Source: a virus (taxonomy: Duplodnaviria; Caudoviricetes). From it: a DNA stretch of 61,843 nt. The position numbers and the translations under genes were made by a program. The notes under the pieces were generated by a model. It did no database searches, was not told the origin of the DNA, and was given only the letters and a program-made list of their open reading frames with translations. Below are positions 1-7,972 of this stretch, piece by piece; position 1 is the first letter of the stretch, and every line of letters starts with the position of its first letter. Location: positions 1-61,843 of the IMG/VR virus record IMGVR_UViG_3300042568_000857; one strand, given 5' to 3'.

Positions 1-417
1 AAAATGCCTCTCCCCACTAGGCCAACTCCCAGGTTTTGTGTGGCTCCCATGTCGGCTTTTAACTGCCATATCACGCATATTGTCTGCGTGCGTACCTAGA
101 GCAAGATGATCAGGATTCACACACGCTGGGTTGTCGCACCTGTGGCAGACACACATCCCATGGGCGCTGCCGTCGTGGGGAATGGGGCCGTTGGCAATCA
201 TCCACGAAGCCCGATGAGGCTTAATGGTTGCGCTGTCCATGCGGATGGCCCCATACGGATTCTGTGGGCTAGTAACCATCCACACCCAACACGCGGTCTC
301 CATGTGAGGCATTGTTGGGCCGTCTTTATCGACTTTTGCCCAGAATCTCGCGAGGTCCTTCTTACTGGGGTTGATTTCTCTTTGCGTGTATGGCACGCTG
401 GCATCAGCTTCGTTCAT
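1..417 (-). CDS. HNH homing endonuclease copy 1, N-terminal part (continues at window end)
   Basis: Manual translation from ATG 417: [46 protein letters not shown]...[28 protein letters not shown]...GERHF; paralogous to the other four HNH ORFs; not in the ORF track because it runs off the edge. Confidence 0.9.
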   Translation of the reverse strand, partial: MNEADASVPYTQREINPSKKDLARFWAKVDKDGPTMPHMETACWVWMVTSPQNPYGAIRMDSATIKPHRASWMIANGPIPHDGSAHGMCVCHRCDNPACVNPDHLALGTHADNMRDMAVKSRHGSHTKPGSWPSGERHF

Positions 418-435
418 ATCTTGAGTATGTTTGAG

Positions 436-504
436 GTTAGACGCCAAAGGCTCGGCAAAGAGTCTTTGGCGTTGCCATTATTACCCATGTACGCCTTGGG
501 TCAA
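436..504 (-). promoter_or_regulatory. HNH-1 leader: sigma70-like promoter, hairpin, CTAAC
   Basis: TTGACC..TAATAATG; stem ACGCCAAAGACTC/GAGCCTTTGGCGT (441-472); then CTAAC. Confidence 0.7.
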
Positions 505-1172
505 TACTCAAATACTAGGCGATGCCGCTCTAAAAACTCCGCCTTTTGCTGCAATGGAACACCAGCAGCATGTAGAACCTTGATGCCTCCACGCCAGTCC
601 AGCCAACCTCGGTGACATGCATGTGGCCACCAATTCCAAGTATCATCCAGATAAGTCATCTCTACTCCAGCCCTGTGCCATGCGGCCACTAAAATTGATT
701 GCTCCGTCACGTCTTTCAATACCGGAAATCCCTCTACGCCAGCCCGGCTTTCTGCCATGAGCCGCCGGGCCAAGTCGAAGGCGGCCCGGACGGCAGGCTG
801 GCGGGCGTTGGCGAAGAAAAAGCCGGTGTTGCAGTAGCGGTCAGGCGGGAAGTCGAGGGCCAAGGCATCAGGCAGGCAGAACGAGTCCAAGGCTTGGCGG
901 CTGGCGTCCCGGACGGCGGCTATGCCTGCGATGTTGCGGAAGGGGGCGAGGTCTAGGGGGCGGATGAAGAGGGTGTCTGCGTCAAAGAAACAGAACACGC
1001 GATCTCCGGCGATCTCGGGCAGTGTGTATTTCCAGTCGTACCCAGCCTCATCCGTTGTCAAGACTAGGGCGGGCGCACGGGCATACTTGCGGAAGCTGGC
1101 GGCGGCAGTGTGCGCCAAGTCGAAATAGCCCGGCGTGGCGATGGTTATTCCAATGACAGGGGGAAGATTCAC
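501..1172 (-). CDS. Glycosyltransferase, GT8-like
   Basis: FFDADT (DxD), YCNTGFF, EQSIL, WNW, VLHAAG motifs; GTG start at 1172 overlaps the upstream stop. Confidence 0.75.
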   Translation of the reverse strand: MNLPPVIGITIATPGYFDLAHTAAASFRKYARAPALVLTTDEAGYDWKYTLPEIAGDRVFCFFDADTLFIRPLDLAPFRNIAGIAAVRDASRQALDSFCLPDALALDFPPDRYCNTGFFFANARQPAVRAAFDLARRLMAESRAGVEGFPVLKDVTEQSILVAAWHRAGVEMTYLDDTWNWWPHACHRGWLDWRGGIKVLHAAGVPLQQKAEFLERHRLVFEY

Positions 1173-2416
1173 CAGAGGCAACGGGGATGGCGCGCAAGTG
1201 TGAGGATGCACCCCCACCACGGCGATTTTTCTTCGGTTTTGAACAAATTCTCTGCCCACTCTGGCTTGTAGAAATACACCGAGACACGACCTATGGCGTG
1301 CATGAGGCGCATCATCAAATATAGAGGTGTCGAATCTTTGCGCATCTCGACATAGCGGTACGGGTTCTCCATGGGGTTGATTTTCGACCATGTTTCACCC
1401 CAGAGCCGATAAACCTCGGATATGGTGACTGCGCACTCTTCCTCGTCGCCGTCCAAGTACTGCTTGTAGGCTAGCAGGCTGCCGACACGCACAAGGTTGG
1501 CGCAAGCTCCGGGGTTGTCAGCCAAAACTGAAGTGGTTTGGCAAGTTGAAAGGTAGCCTTTAGCCTCCTCAACCCATGGTGCTTCATTCTTGATTTTGAG
1601 ATATACCTCTGCGGCGGATTGTGAGGTGGACCAGCGCGCATCCATTTTAGACTGGCCTGTTGGCGGCAGTTTCACCACATCAACATTTTTCAACCAGTCA
1701 TTCCATGTGACCTCGCCATCGAAAGCGCGATAAGTAAGCCAACACTTTGCGTGTGCTCGCTCGCCTGTGGAATACCGCTGAACGTCGGTGTGGAGCGCTC
1801 CCCATGCTACATCATACTGCTCTTTGCGTGGCAGCACAGAGTTTGGGAAAAGCGCCAGTAGTTCATGCTCAAACTCTGCGACATCCCAAGGCTTCGGCCT
1901 GCCGTGATACACCACCACTCCATACTCGGCCTTCTTGCCGTGCTTCTTGTAGCTCGCCACGGCGGGCGGCTGGATCAAACAAATGGCACCCCCTAACTTG
2001 CGCCATATCCATTCTTGATCTCCGCCGGGGCAACTCGCCATTCCCTCCGCCCCAAAGCCAGCCACGATGGCAGGCATGGGGCCTTGCCAGACCATGACTG
2101 AGCTATTGACCGGGCAGCCGCCCGGCTGGTAGGCGTCGGCCATGGCATAGAAGGCGGCGGAGTCGAGGCATTTGAGCCAGTCAAGGCTTTGCACTGTCAC
2201 ATCCAGGTCGAAGTAACAGACGTGCCCAAGGTCATGCTCAAAGAGTTCAAGTTTAGACCACCAACCGGGCCAGCCATGCCGGAGCGGCAAAGTGGGGCCG
2301 GGCACGTCTGGGCAATCCGTCAGGCATGTGACAGGCTGCCAGACCATTGCCCGCAGGCGCTCGACATGGGCATGGGTGTAGATGCCGCCTGATTTGAGGA
2401 CGCAAACGAAGTTCAT
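1169..2416 (-). CDS. Glycosyltransferase (N-terminal) fused to unknown C-terminal domain
   Basis: CVLKSGGIY, WWSKLELF, YFDLDV, GDQEWI, HGRPKPW motifs typical of phage GT-A enzymes. Confidence 0.75.
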   Translation of the reverse strand: MNFVCVLKSGGIYTHAHVERLRAMVWQPVTCLTDCPDVPGPTLPLRHGWPGWWSKLELFEHDLGHVCYFDLDVTVQSLDWLKCLDSAAFYAMADAYQPGGCPVNSSVMVWQGPMPAIVAGFGAEGMASCPGGDQEWIWRKLGGAICLIQPPAVASYKKHGKKAEYGVVVYHGRPKPWDVAEFEHELLALFPNSVLPRKEQYDVAWGALHTDVQRYSTGERAHAKCWLTYRAFDGEVTWNDWLKNVDVVKLPPTGQSKMDARWSTSQSAAEVYLKIKNEAPWVEEAKGYLSTCQTTSVLADNPGACANLVRVGSLLAYKQYLDGDEEECAVTISEVYRLWGETWSKINPMENPYRYVEMRKDSTPLYLMMRLMHAIGRVSVYFYKPEWAENLFKTEEKSPWWGCILTLARHPRCLW

Positions 2417-3027
2417 GGAGTGTAAATGTTGTCGCGGCCTATCGACTCGGCCAGTTTGTAGCCTCGCGCAGTTAGCCAGTCGTGGGCCATGGCGTCAGGC
2501 CAGCCGTGGGCAGAGCCTAGCCCTTTGGCCTCTATGGCAACGACAGGGCGACACCGCTCAATGGTGGTGGCGGCTCCAAGGATGGCGGGAGTCTCATAGC
2601 CTTCCACATCGAGTAGTAGGAAATCCAAACTCCCAAGCTGCATATCGTCAATAATCTTGATGGGAGCGCCAGAGTGCGCGGGCTTTACCATAGTGGCTCC
2701 ATAGTTGGACGCTTCGCTAGGCGGGCGGAAGGTTTGCACAAAGCCGGGCTGGTGCCCTAGCGCAGCGAGGTGAGCCACGACATTCGGCGCGGTGCAGTTC
2801 TTTTGAAGGCACTCCCAATTCTCGGGATCTGGCTCCACGGTGATGACCGTTTGAAAGTGGCGCGCTAGCCATTGTGCGTACACGCCCACATTGCCGCCAG
2901 CTTGAATACAGGTGCGGTAGCTTTTGACGTGTTTTAAGTAACCGGGGAGCCGCTGGACTTCGCGCAGCACCGCAACAGCAGTTCTTTCGTCGCCATCAGG
3001 CCAGTAGTAGTTTACAAAGAGTTTCAT
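2413..3027 (-). CDS. FkbM-family SAM-dependent methyltransferase
   Basis: IQAGGNVGVY, VEPDPEN, LDFLLLDVEGYE motifs. Confidence 0.85.
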   Translation of the reverse strand: MKLFVNYYWPDGDERTAVAVLREVQRLPGYLKHVKSYRTCIQAGGNVGVYAQWLARHFQTVITVEPDPENWECLQKNCTAPNVVAHLAALGHQPGFVQTFRPPSEASNYGATMVKPAHSGAPIKIIDDMQLGSLDFLLLDVEGYETPAILGAATTIERCRPVVAIEAKGLGSAHGWPDAMAHDWLTARGYKLAESIGRDNIYTP

Positions 3028-3281
3028 GGCTTTTGAGTCAAACAGGACACTGCCCACATACCCGGCACATCCAAGACAACAGTGTGAGAGCCCGCCACAC
3101 GGCGAGCCTTGGAGAAAAGCGTTTCTGCGTTTGGTTCTTCATGGTCGGGTAAGCCGATGCCGCGCAGGAAGACTTGCCACATAGCGCGGGTAAGAACGGT
3201 GGTGACAAGGTGGTGGTCTTTCCCATGGGCGGCTTTGGCGACTTGCCGGTGGAGTTCAAAAGCTACGCGCTCCTCGGTCAT
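3024..3281 (-). CDS. Hypothetical protein
   Basis: ORF coupled by 4-nt overlaps to both neighbours. Confidence 0.6.
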   Translation of the reverse strand: MTEERVAFELHRQVAKAAHGKDHHLVTTVLTRAMWQVFLRGIGLPDHEEPNAETLFSKARRVAGSHTVVLDVPGMWAVSCLTQKP

Positions 3282-4066
3282 GCGAAGTTGAAGCGAAGGA
3301 AACAGCGGGCCACTTCCTGCGGGCGATTCTTCTCCCAGCAGCCATCCCCATCACGCTCGCCAGCTGGGCCTGTGTTGGCCTCAATCGTGGCAATCCGGCC
3401 CTTGGCTGGCTGACCTGTGACTAGGCCGATGTGGCTAAAATCGAAGATACATACGTCGCCTTTCTGCGGCGTGGCGGAGTCGGGCAGGACGGTCACGCCC
3501 TTGGCCTTATGGCCCCAGCCCTGCCAAGCCCAGGCTCCGGCGGATTTACAGCGCCATTTCTCGAACTGCTCGGCGTTCATGCCGGTCAGGCTTTCCAGCA
3601 GGCCAGCCTTGGCTAGCTCGTCGCCTACTGTGTCCAGCCAAAAGGCCATGGCTGCCGCGCAGTAGGGCTCTCTGTTGCTGTAGCCGTCTGGGTAGGAGGT
3701 GGAAGGCCAGAATCGCTTGATCCATGCGCCTTGGTTGTTGCGGGGGGACTCAACTTTGCCCACGTCACGCTTGGCAATGTTCACCAGCCAGTCGGCGAAG
3801 CTAGGGCCTGTGGCAGGCTTGGCGGCAGGCGGCACAGCCTTGGCGGGCGGCTGGAGGGCGGCCCAAGTGGCTGGGCCTACTACGCCGTCTGCGGCGAGTT
3901 TGCGCGCTTCTTGGAAGTCTGTTACGGCGTCATCCGTAATGGATCCAAAAAAACCGTCTGGCTTGGACTTGAGGTAGCCGAGATCATGCAGGCGGCCTTG
4001 GAGGCGAAGAACTGCCGGACCTTTATCGCCTTCTTGCAGAATGGGTGTGTCGGGTGTCGTGCTCAT
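3278..4066 (-). CDS. Endolysin: peptidoglycan-binding domain plus CHAP-like amidase
   Basis: PG_binding_1 signature (LQGRLHDLGY..DGFFG..AVTDFQ..DGVVGPATW); catalytic PYCAA, SHIGLV, TIEAN. Confidence 0.85.
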   Translation of the reverse strand: MSTTPDTPILQEGDKGPAVLRLQGRLHDLGYLKSKPDGFFGSITDDAVTDFQEARKLAADGVVGPATWAALQPPAKAVPPAAKPATGPSFADWLVNIAKRDVGKVESPRNNQGAWIKRFWPSTSYPDGYSNREPYCAAAMAFWLDTVGDELAKAGLLESLTGMNAEQFEKWRCKSAGAWAWQGWGHKAKGVTVLPDSATPQKGDVCIFDFSHIGLVTGQPAKGRIATIEANTGPAGERDGDGCWEKNRPQEVARCFLRFNFA

Positions 4067-4076
4067 AGCGAGCCAA

Positions 4077-4105
4077 AGCCTATGGCCCGCCTTGGCCTTT
4101 GTCAA
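4077..4105 (-). promoter_or_regulatory. Sigma70-like promoter upstream of endolysin
   Basis: TTGACA-N17-TAGGCT. Confidence 0.55.
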
Positions 4106-4199
4106 TCATCAGAAAGAAGCCCACTACGGCCAGCACCAGCCCGGCCATGACGGCCAAGGCTAGACCAAGGCCGCTGAGTTCGTGGAGGAAGGCTAGCAT
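4080..4199 (-). CDS. 39-aa single-TM protein (holin/lysis accessory candidate)
   Basis: MLAFLHELSGLGLALAVMAGLVLAVVGFFLMIDKGQGGP*, directly upstream of endolysin. Confidence 0.5.
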   Translation of the reverse strand: MLAFLHELSGLGLALAVMAGLVLAVVGFFLMIDKGQGGP

Positions 4200-4351
4200 G
4201 GGAACAACTGGAGTTTCGCCATCCACAAGCAGAACACCAGCCGCTCACACATTGAGGCGTTCCGGCAGAACTGCCACGAATGCCGCATCAAAGCTGGCAG
4301 CCGGGCTAGGCGCTGGCTGAATGGGCGGCGGCGGAGAATGAATGGTTTCAT
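4193..4351 (-). CDS. Small hypothetical protein
   Basis: ATG overlaps upstream stop (MKPFILRRR...). Confidence 0.45.
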   Translation of the reverse strand: MKPFILRRRPFSQRLARLPALMRHSWQFCRNASMCERLVFCLWMAKLQLFPC

Positions 4352-4827
4352 GTTAGGCGTCTTTTGTTGAGGAATCCGGGGCGGAGCTTGCCGCCTGGGC
4401 CGAACTTGTCCACAGCCCACCACGAAATATCAGCCTTGGTCTTGCGTTGGAGGTCGGCTAATTGGATGTCACGATAAACCGCGTGAATGATGGCTGGCGG
4501 CGGGGTGGGCGGCAGGCTGGGCAGCTCTTGGCGTAGCCAGTCAGAGCCGCCTTGATACAAGTCGCAAAGAAAGTCGTGGCAGAGCCCAGCCCTCATGCCC
4601 ACGCCAGACGGGCCGTAGTTGAAAGGCGGGCCGTGGAAAATGGCTGGCACGCTTTGGCCGTCGAACTCGTAACCGTCTGGAATGACGTATTCTTGGTGAA
4701 ACCCGTCTTTACTGACAGTGAATCCATAAGCGCCATCTAGTCTCCAAAGAGGCCCCTTTGACCACGGCCAAAACGGAAAACCAAAATCGGCGTCTCGTAT
4801 CGGGATGATGTCGGGGTAATTGCTCAT
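4348..4827 (-). CDS. DUF1353-like protein
   Basis: IPDGYEFDGQSVP and AGLCHDFLC motifs. Confidence 0.7.
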   Translation of the reverse strand: MSNYPDIIPIRDADFGFPFWPWSKGPLWRLDGAYGFTVSKDGFHQEYVIPDGYEFDGQSVPAIFHGPPFNYGPSGVGMRAGLCHDFLCDLYQGGSDWLRQELPSLPPTPPPAIIHAVYRDIQLADLQRKTKADISWWAVDKFGPGGKLRPGFLNKRRLT

Positions 4828-5195
4828 CTAGGCGGGGTTGTTAATGCGTTGCGCATGGCCTGCTTGGCGATGTCGTCGAAGTATTCCACCTGCTTTTCGC
4901 TTGTTTCGTTGAGCTTGTGTAGGGCTTCTGTGAGGCTATTCAATGCGTCAAGCATCTTGGTTGCTCCCCACCAGATCACCGATGCTAGAGAGGTGAAAAG
5001 CACAATAATAGCCACGATGAGAACGCCGTAAAAGCTCCACTGCCCGGCCTGCTCAGGGCTAGGCACCTGCCCAGTAAAGGCGTGCCATGCCATTTCCGCT
5101 AAGGCCATGGCTGAGGCCAGCCCGGCTGACATGACGGCCAAGATGGGGGCCGGGATTTCAGAGAGGGCGTGTTGGACGGGCGGCGGGATGTTCAT
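4824..5195 (-). CDS. Membrane protein, holin candidate
   Basis: Two hydrophobic segments plus coiled-coil tail, in lysis region. Confidence 0.5.
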   Translation of the reverse strand: MNIPPPVQHALSEIPAPILAVMSAGLASAMALAEMAWHAFTGQVPSPEQAGQWSFYGVLIVAIIVLFTSLASVIWWGATKMLDALNSLTEALHKLNETSEKQVEYFDDIAKQAMRNALTTPPR

Positions 5196-5219
5196 TGAGT
5201 GGAGGCATTGCATGGTGCT

Positions 5220-5636
5220 TCAAGTGATGGCTCGGACGCTGGCGGCGTCGATTCTGGATGCTGTAGGCCGAGCGTGCATGATGCTTGTCGGATCGTCCGA
5301 GTGTTCGAGCCCGAGAGCGTGGCCTATTTCGTGCAAAGCCAGCCTGCGCATGTCAGGGGTGCGTCCTGTAAAGCGGTGCCACCAAGTCGTTGCCCATTTC
5401 AGGGATGGGTCGAAGGTGATGGAAAACGCACCCTTGCTGAGCGGTTGACAATAAGCCTGCGCGCCGTCTGGCGGTTTTCCCGACGAAAACATCAGCGTCG
5501 CCGTGCGCGGATGCTCGAAAAACTCAACCTGCCCATCGGTGTCAATCTCCCATTGGTTCATCGCCCACTCAATGCACGCTCGGGAACCTTTCGGCAGGTT
5601 TGTCGTGTCGATTGAGTAGATGACGGCACGCTTCAT
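5220..5636 (-). CDS. Matrixin (M10-like) zinc metalloprotease
   Basis: HEIGHALGLEH zinc motif followed by Met-turn SIMH. Confidence 0.85.
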   Translation of the reverse strand: MKRAVIYSIDTTNLPKGSRACIEWAMNQWEIDTDGQVEFFEHPRTATLMFSSGKPPDGAQAYCQPLSKGAFSITFDPSLKWATTWWHRFTGRTPDMRRLALHEIGHALGLEHSDDPTSIMHARPTASRIDAASVRAIT

Positions 5637-5776
5637 GGCTCTTGGTCAGTCTCAGGAGTCGTTTCAGGCTTTGGCATAGCTTGAGCGATCAGCATTTCGA
5701 GTTTGCCGATGGCTGCACCTGCTTTGAATTGCGCGTCAAGAGCGGCTTGGATGGCTTGGGTAATTTCGGGATTCAT
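5633..5776 (-). CDS. 47-aa hypothetical protein
   Basis: MNPEITQAIQAALDAQFKAG..., overlaps both neighbours by 4 nt. Confidence 0.5.
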   Translation of the reverse strand: MNPEITQAIQAALDAQFKAGAAIGKLEMLIAQAMPKPETTPETDQEP

Positions 5777-6072
5777 GCGTTTTTGGAGTCAAGGTAGTCT
5801 TTGATGGCAGGCAGGATGTTAAGCACGTCCTGCATGACCTGTGCGGCACCTGGGACATTCTGAACGATGTCCCAGAAATTGCCGGATGTGGTAACTCGCC
5901 CAGACCACAAGAACTCACCTGTTTCCGAGTTCTGTGGAGCCTGATCGAACGTCAACTTGGCGTTGACTGCATCGTTCAGGTTGGTGGCGGCAAAGTTTGG
6001 AAAGAACCACTGGTCAAAGGTCGTCTCTGGAACAGCGGGTTCAACGATGGGGGGAATGATTGGAATAGGCAT
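5773..6072 (-). CDS. Hypothetical protein (possible tail-fibre partner)
   Basis: ORF directly downstream of tail fibre. Confidence 0.55.
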   Translation of the reverse strand: MPIPIIPPIVEPAVPETTFDQWFFPNFAATNLNDAVNAKLTFDQAPQNSETGEFLWSGRVTTSGNFWDIVQNVPGAAQVMQDVLNILPAIKDYLDSKNA

Positions 6073-6076
6073 GGCG

Positions 6077-7066
6077 CTAGACGATGGTAAGGATTCCTAA
6101 GTTAGAGTAAATATCTCCCGTGCTCAATCCTGCCGAGGATGTGGGGATGTTGGTAATGCGGACGACGCCTGCACGAACGACTGTCAGCACGTCCACAAGT
6201 GTTTGCGCTGTGGTTCCGCTTGATCCGGCTGCGGTTCCTTGAAGGACCACGGTGGCAGGCGTGGCGTTGCCGGTGCTTTTACCGGGACCAATCGACAGTT
6301 TGCCACCAACGATGTTCGTCCCGACTCCGCTTGGTCCAGTGAATAACTGATTGATGGGAGTAGCAGAACTTAACCCCATTTGAATACTTGCCGCAGCTAA
6401 CCGAGAGAACATTGCGTCGGCGGAACCGTTGCCTCCGCCCATCACGTTCGATGTGGAATTAAATCCAATTACACCTTTATACGTCCCGCCAGCAAAGTTG
6501 TCTGCAACTGTGATGCCGAATTGGGTGGCGTGGAAACCCATCGACACCATATCAATGCCGTCTGAAAGACGGGTGATTAGTGCGGAGGTTCCCGCTTTTA
6601 AAAGAGCGTGCGACCCATCAGTTCCAGACCCCAATCGAAGCATTGGAAGATTTTCTGATCCTACGGGAATAAATGCCAGTTTTGCCGTGCCTCCGATCTG
6701 GTATTCAAACGCGGTCGAAACATCTGCCCATGTCGCGGAATATGCTTTGCTCGCCGTATTCGTGATGTTCAGGGTGTTCGCTTTGAATGCCTGTGTGCCT
6801 CCGTTCCACGTCTGCGTCTGAATAAGCAGCGGTGTGGAGGTCGTAACTGTGCCGCCCGTAATGGTGAGTGGGCCGGTCAAAGTTCCGCCTGTAAGGGCCA
6901 ACACGCCTAAAGCCGTTCTCTGAGCCGCCGCATCCGCCGCCTCGGCCAATGTCGCCCCGGCTGCCGTGACGGTAAACTTCCGGTCGGCCCCTGACTGAGT
7001 GCCATAGTAAAGGCCCCCGGTACCTGCCGTAGCGGCGGTGAGTGCTGCGAGTGTTGAGTCTGCCAT
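6077..7066 (-). CDS. Tail fibre/spike-like structural protein
   Basis: G/T/A/S-rich; AADAAAQRTALG and LTGGTLTGPLT fibre motifs; C-terminal PTSSAGLSTGDIY. Confidence 0.65.
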   Translation of the reverse strand: MADSTLAALTAATAGTGGLYYGTQSGADRKFTVTAAGATLAEAADAAAQRTALGVLALTGGTLTGPLTITGGTVTTSTPLLIQTQTWNGGTQAFKANTLNITNTASKAYSATWADVSTAFEYQIGGTAKLAFIPVGSENLPMLRLGSGTDGSHALLKAGTSALITRLSDGIDMVSMGFHATQFGITVADNFAGGTYKGVIGFNSTSNVMGGGNGSADAMFSRLAAASIQMGLSSATPINQLFTGPSGVGTNIVGGKLSIGPGKSTGNATPATVVLQGTAAGSSGTTAQTLVDVLTVVRAGVVRITNIPTSSAGLSTGDIYSNLGILTIV

Positions 7067-7078
7067 TAGAGTGAGATG

Positions 7079-7228
7079 TTAGGAGCCGGAAAGAAGAAGA
7101 AAGCTAGAGCCGTCGGCCAAAAGCAAAGACGAGCCGCCGCCAGAGGCCAAAAGCAGCGTATCACCTGGATCTGGCGGGCCGCCTGCCCCGCCGCTGCCGC
7201 AGCCTAGAAGATTGAGGGCATTAGCCAT
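7079..7228 (-). CDS. 49-aa hypothetical structural peptide
   Basis: MANALNLLGCGSGG...LLLADGSSFLLLSGS*; fills the gap between genes. Confidence 0.45.
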   Translation of the reverse strand: MANALNLLGCGSGGAGGPPDPGDTLLLASGGGSSLLLADGSSFLLLSGS

Positions 7229-7234
7229 TGTGGG

Positions 7235-7600
7235 TTAGCCAGGGATGGGTGCCCAGATGACACGGACAGAGACGCTGGCCGTGCCGGTGGATGTGACGGT
7301 GAGCGCCTCGCCCACTTCGGTGACAAACAAAGGCGTCTGATTGTCTGGGTTACCACGGTTGCTGCCACCGTTGGCTGCCGCATACTCGGGCGCGTCAATA
7401 GCGGTGGAGGCAGAGTTGAAAGTCACCACGGCGTCTGCGGAAGCCCTGATCTCGACGTAGAACACCGCGATTCGTTTGCTTGCCACGGCGGACACAAGTT
7501 CCTCGGCTGTATCAGGTGAGGTGATTGTCTCAAAAGCGCGCTGCTTTTGGATGATGAGCCCACCCATGTAGTGGTAGTAGTTTTGGGGGTAGCGTTCCAT
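7235..7600 (-). CDS. Hypothetical virion protein
   Basis: Beta-rich ORF preceded by the CATAACTACACACAAT motif. Confidence 0.6.
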   Translation of the reverse strand: MERYPQNYYHYMGGLIIQKQRAFETITSPDTAEELVSAVASKRIAVFYVEIRASADAVVTFNSASTAIDAPEYAAANGGSNRGNPDNQTPLFVTEVGEALTVTSTGTASVSVRVIWAPIPG

Positions 7601-7609
7601 TGTGTGTAG

Positions 7610-7966
7610 TTATGCGGATTCTTCGCCCGGCTGCAAGTCTTTTTGCCCGCCCTGCCCGGCCTTTTCCTTGGCGGCCCGGCCCTGGCGGACGGCGGCGAGT
7701 TGGCCGGTGACGAGCGTGGCGACTTCGTTGTAAATCGTGTATTCGCGCAGGCAGTCGGAGATGATCTGGAGATTGCGCACCTTCGTGGGGTTGTCGGCGT
7801 CCTCGGCCTTGACCGGCCCGGCGGGCTTGGCGGCCTCGGCAATGGCCCGGCGAAGCGCGCCTTGGGCGTAGGCCGTGTAGGGCTTGACGATGATCTTGTC
7901 GAATGCCTCGTTGTTCTCCAACTGGATGAGGAACTCTTCGGCTAGGGCTTCGATGGGCTTGGACAT
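7610..7966 (-). CDS. Hypothetical protein downstream of portal
   Basis: Co-oriented ORF in operon. Confidence 0.65.
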   Translation of the reverse strand: MSKPIEALAEEFLIQLENNEAFDKIIVKPYTAYAQGALRRAIAEAAKPAGPVKAEDADNPTKVRNLQIISDCLREYTIYNEVATLVTGQLAAVRQGRAAKEKAGQGGQKDLQPGEESA

Positions 7967-7972
7967 GGGCGG

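Noticed and set aside
436-472. HNH leader hairpins plus CTAAC as attC sites or CRISPR repeats
   Set aside because: No paired GTT/AAC outer boxes; copies are dispersed with no spacer array and no cas genes.
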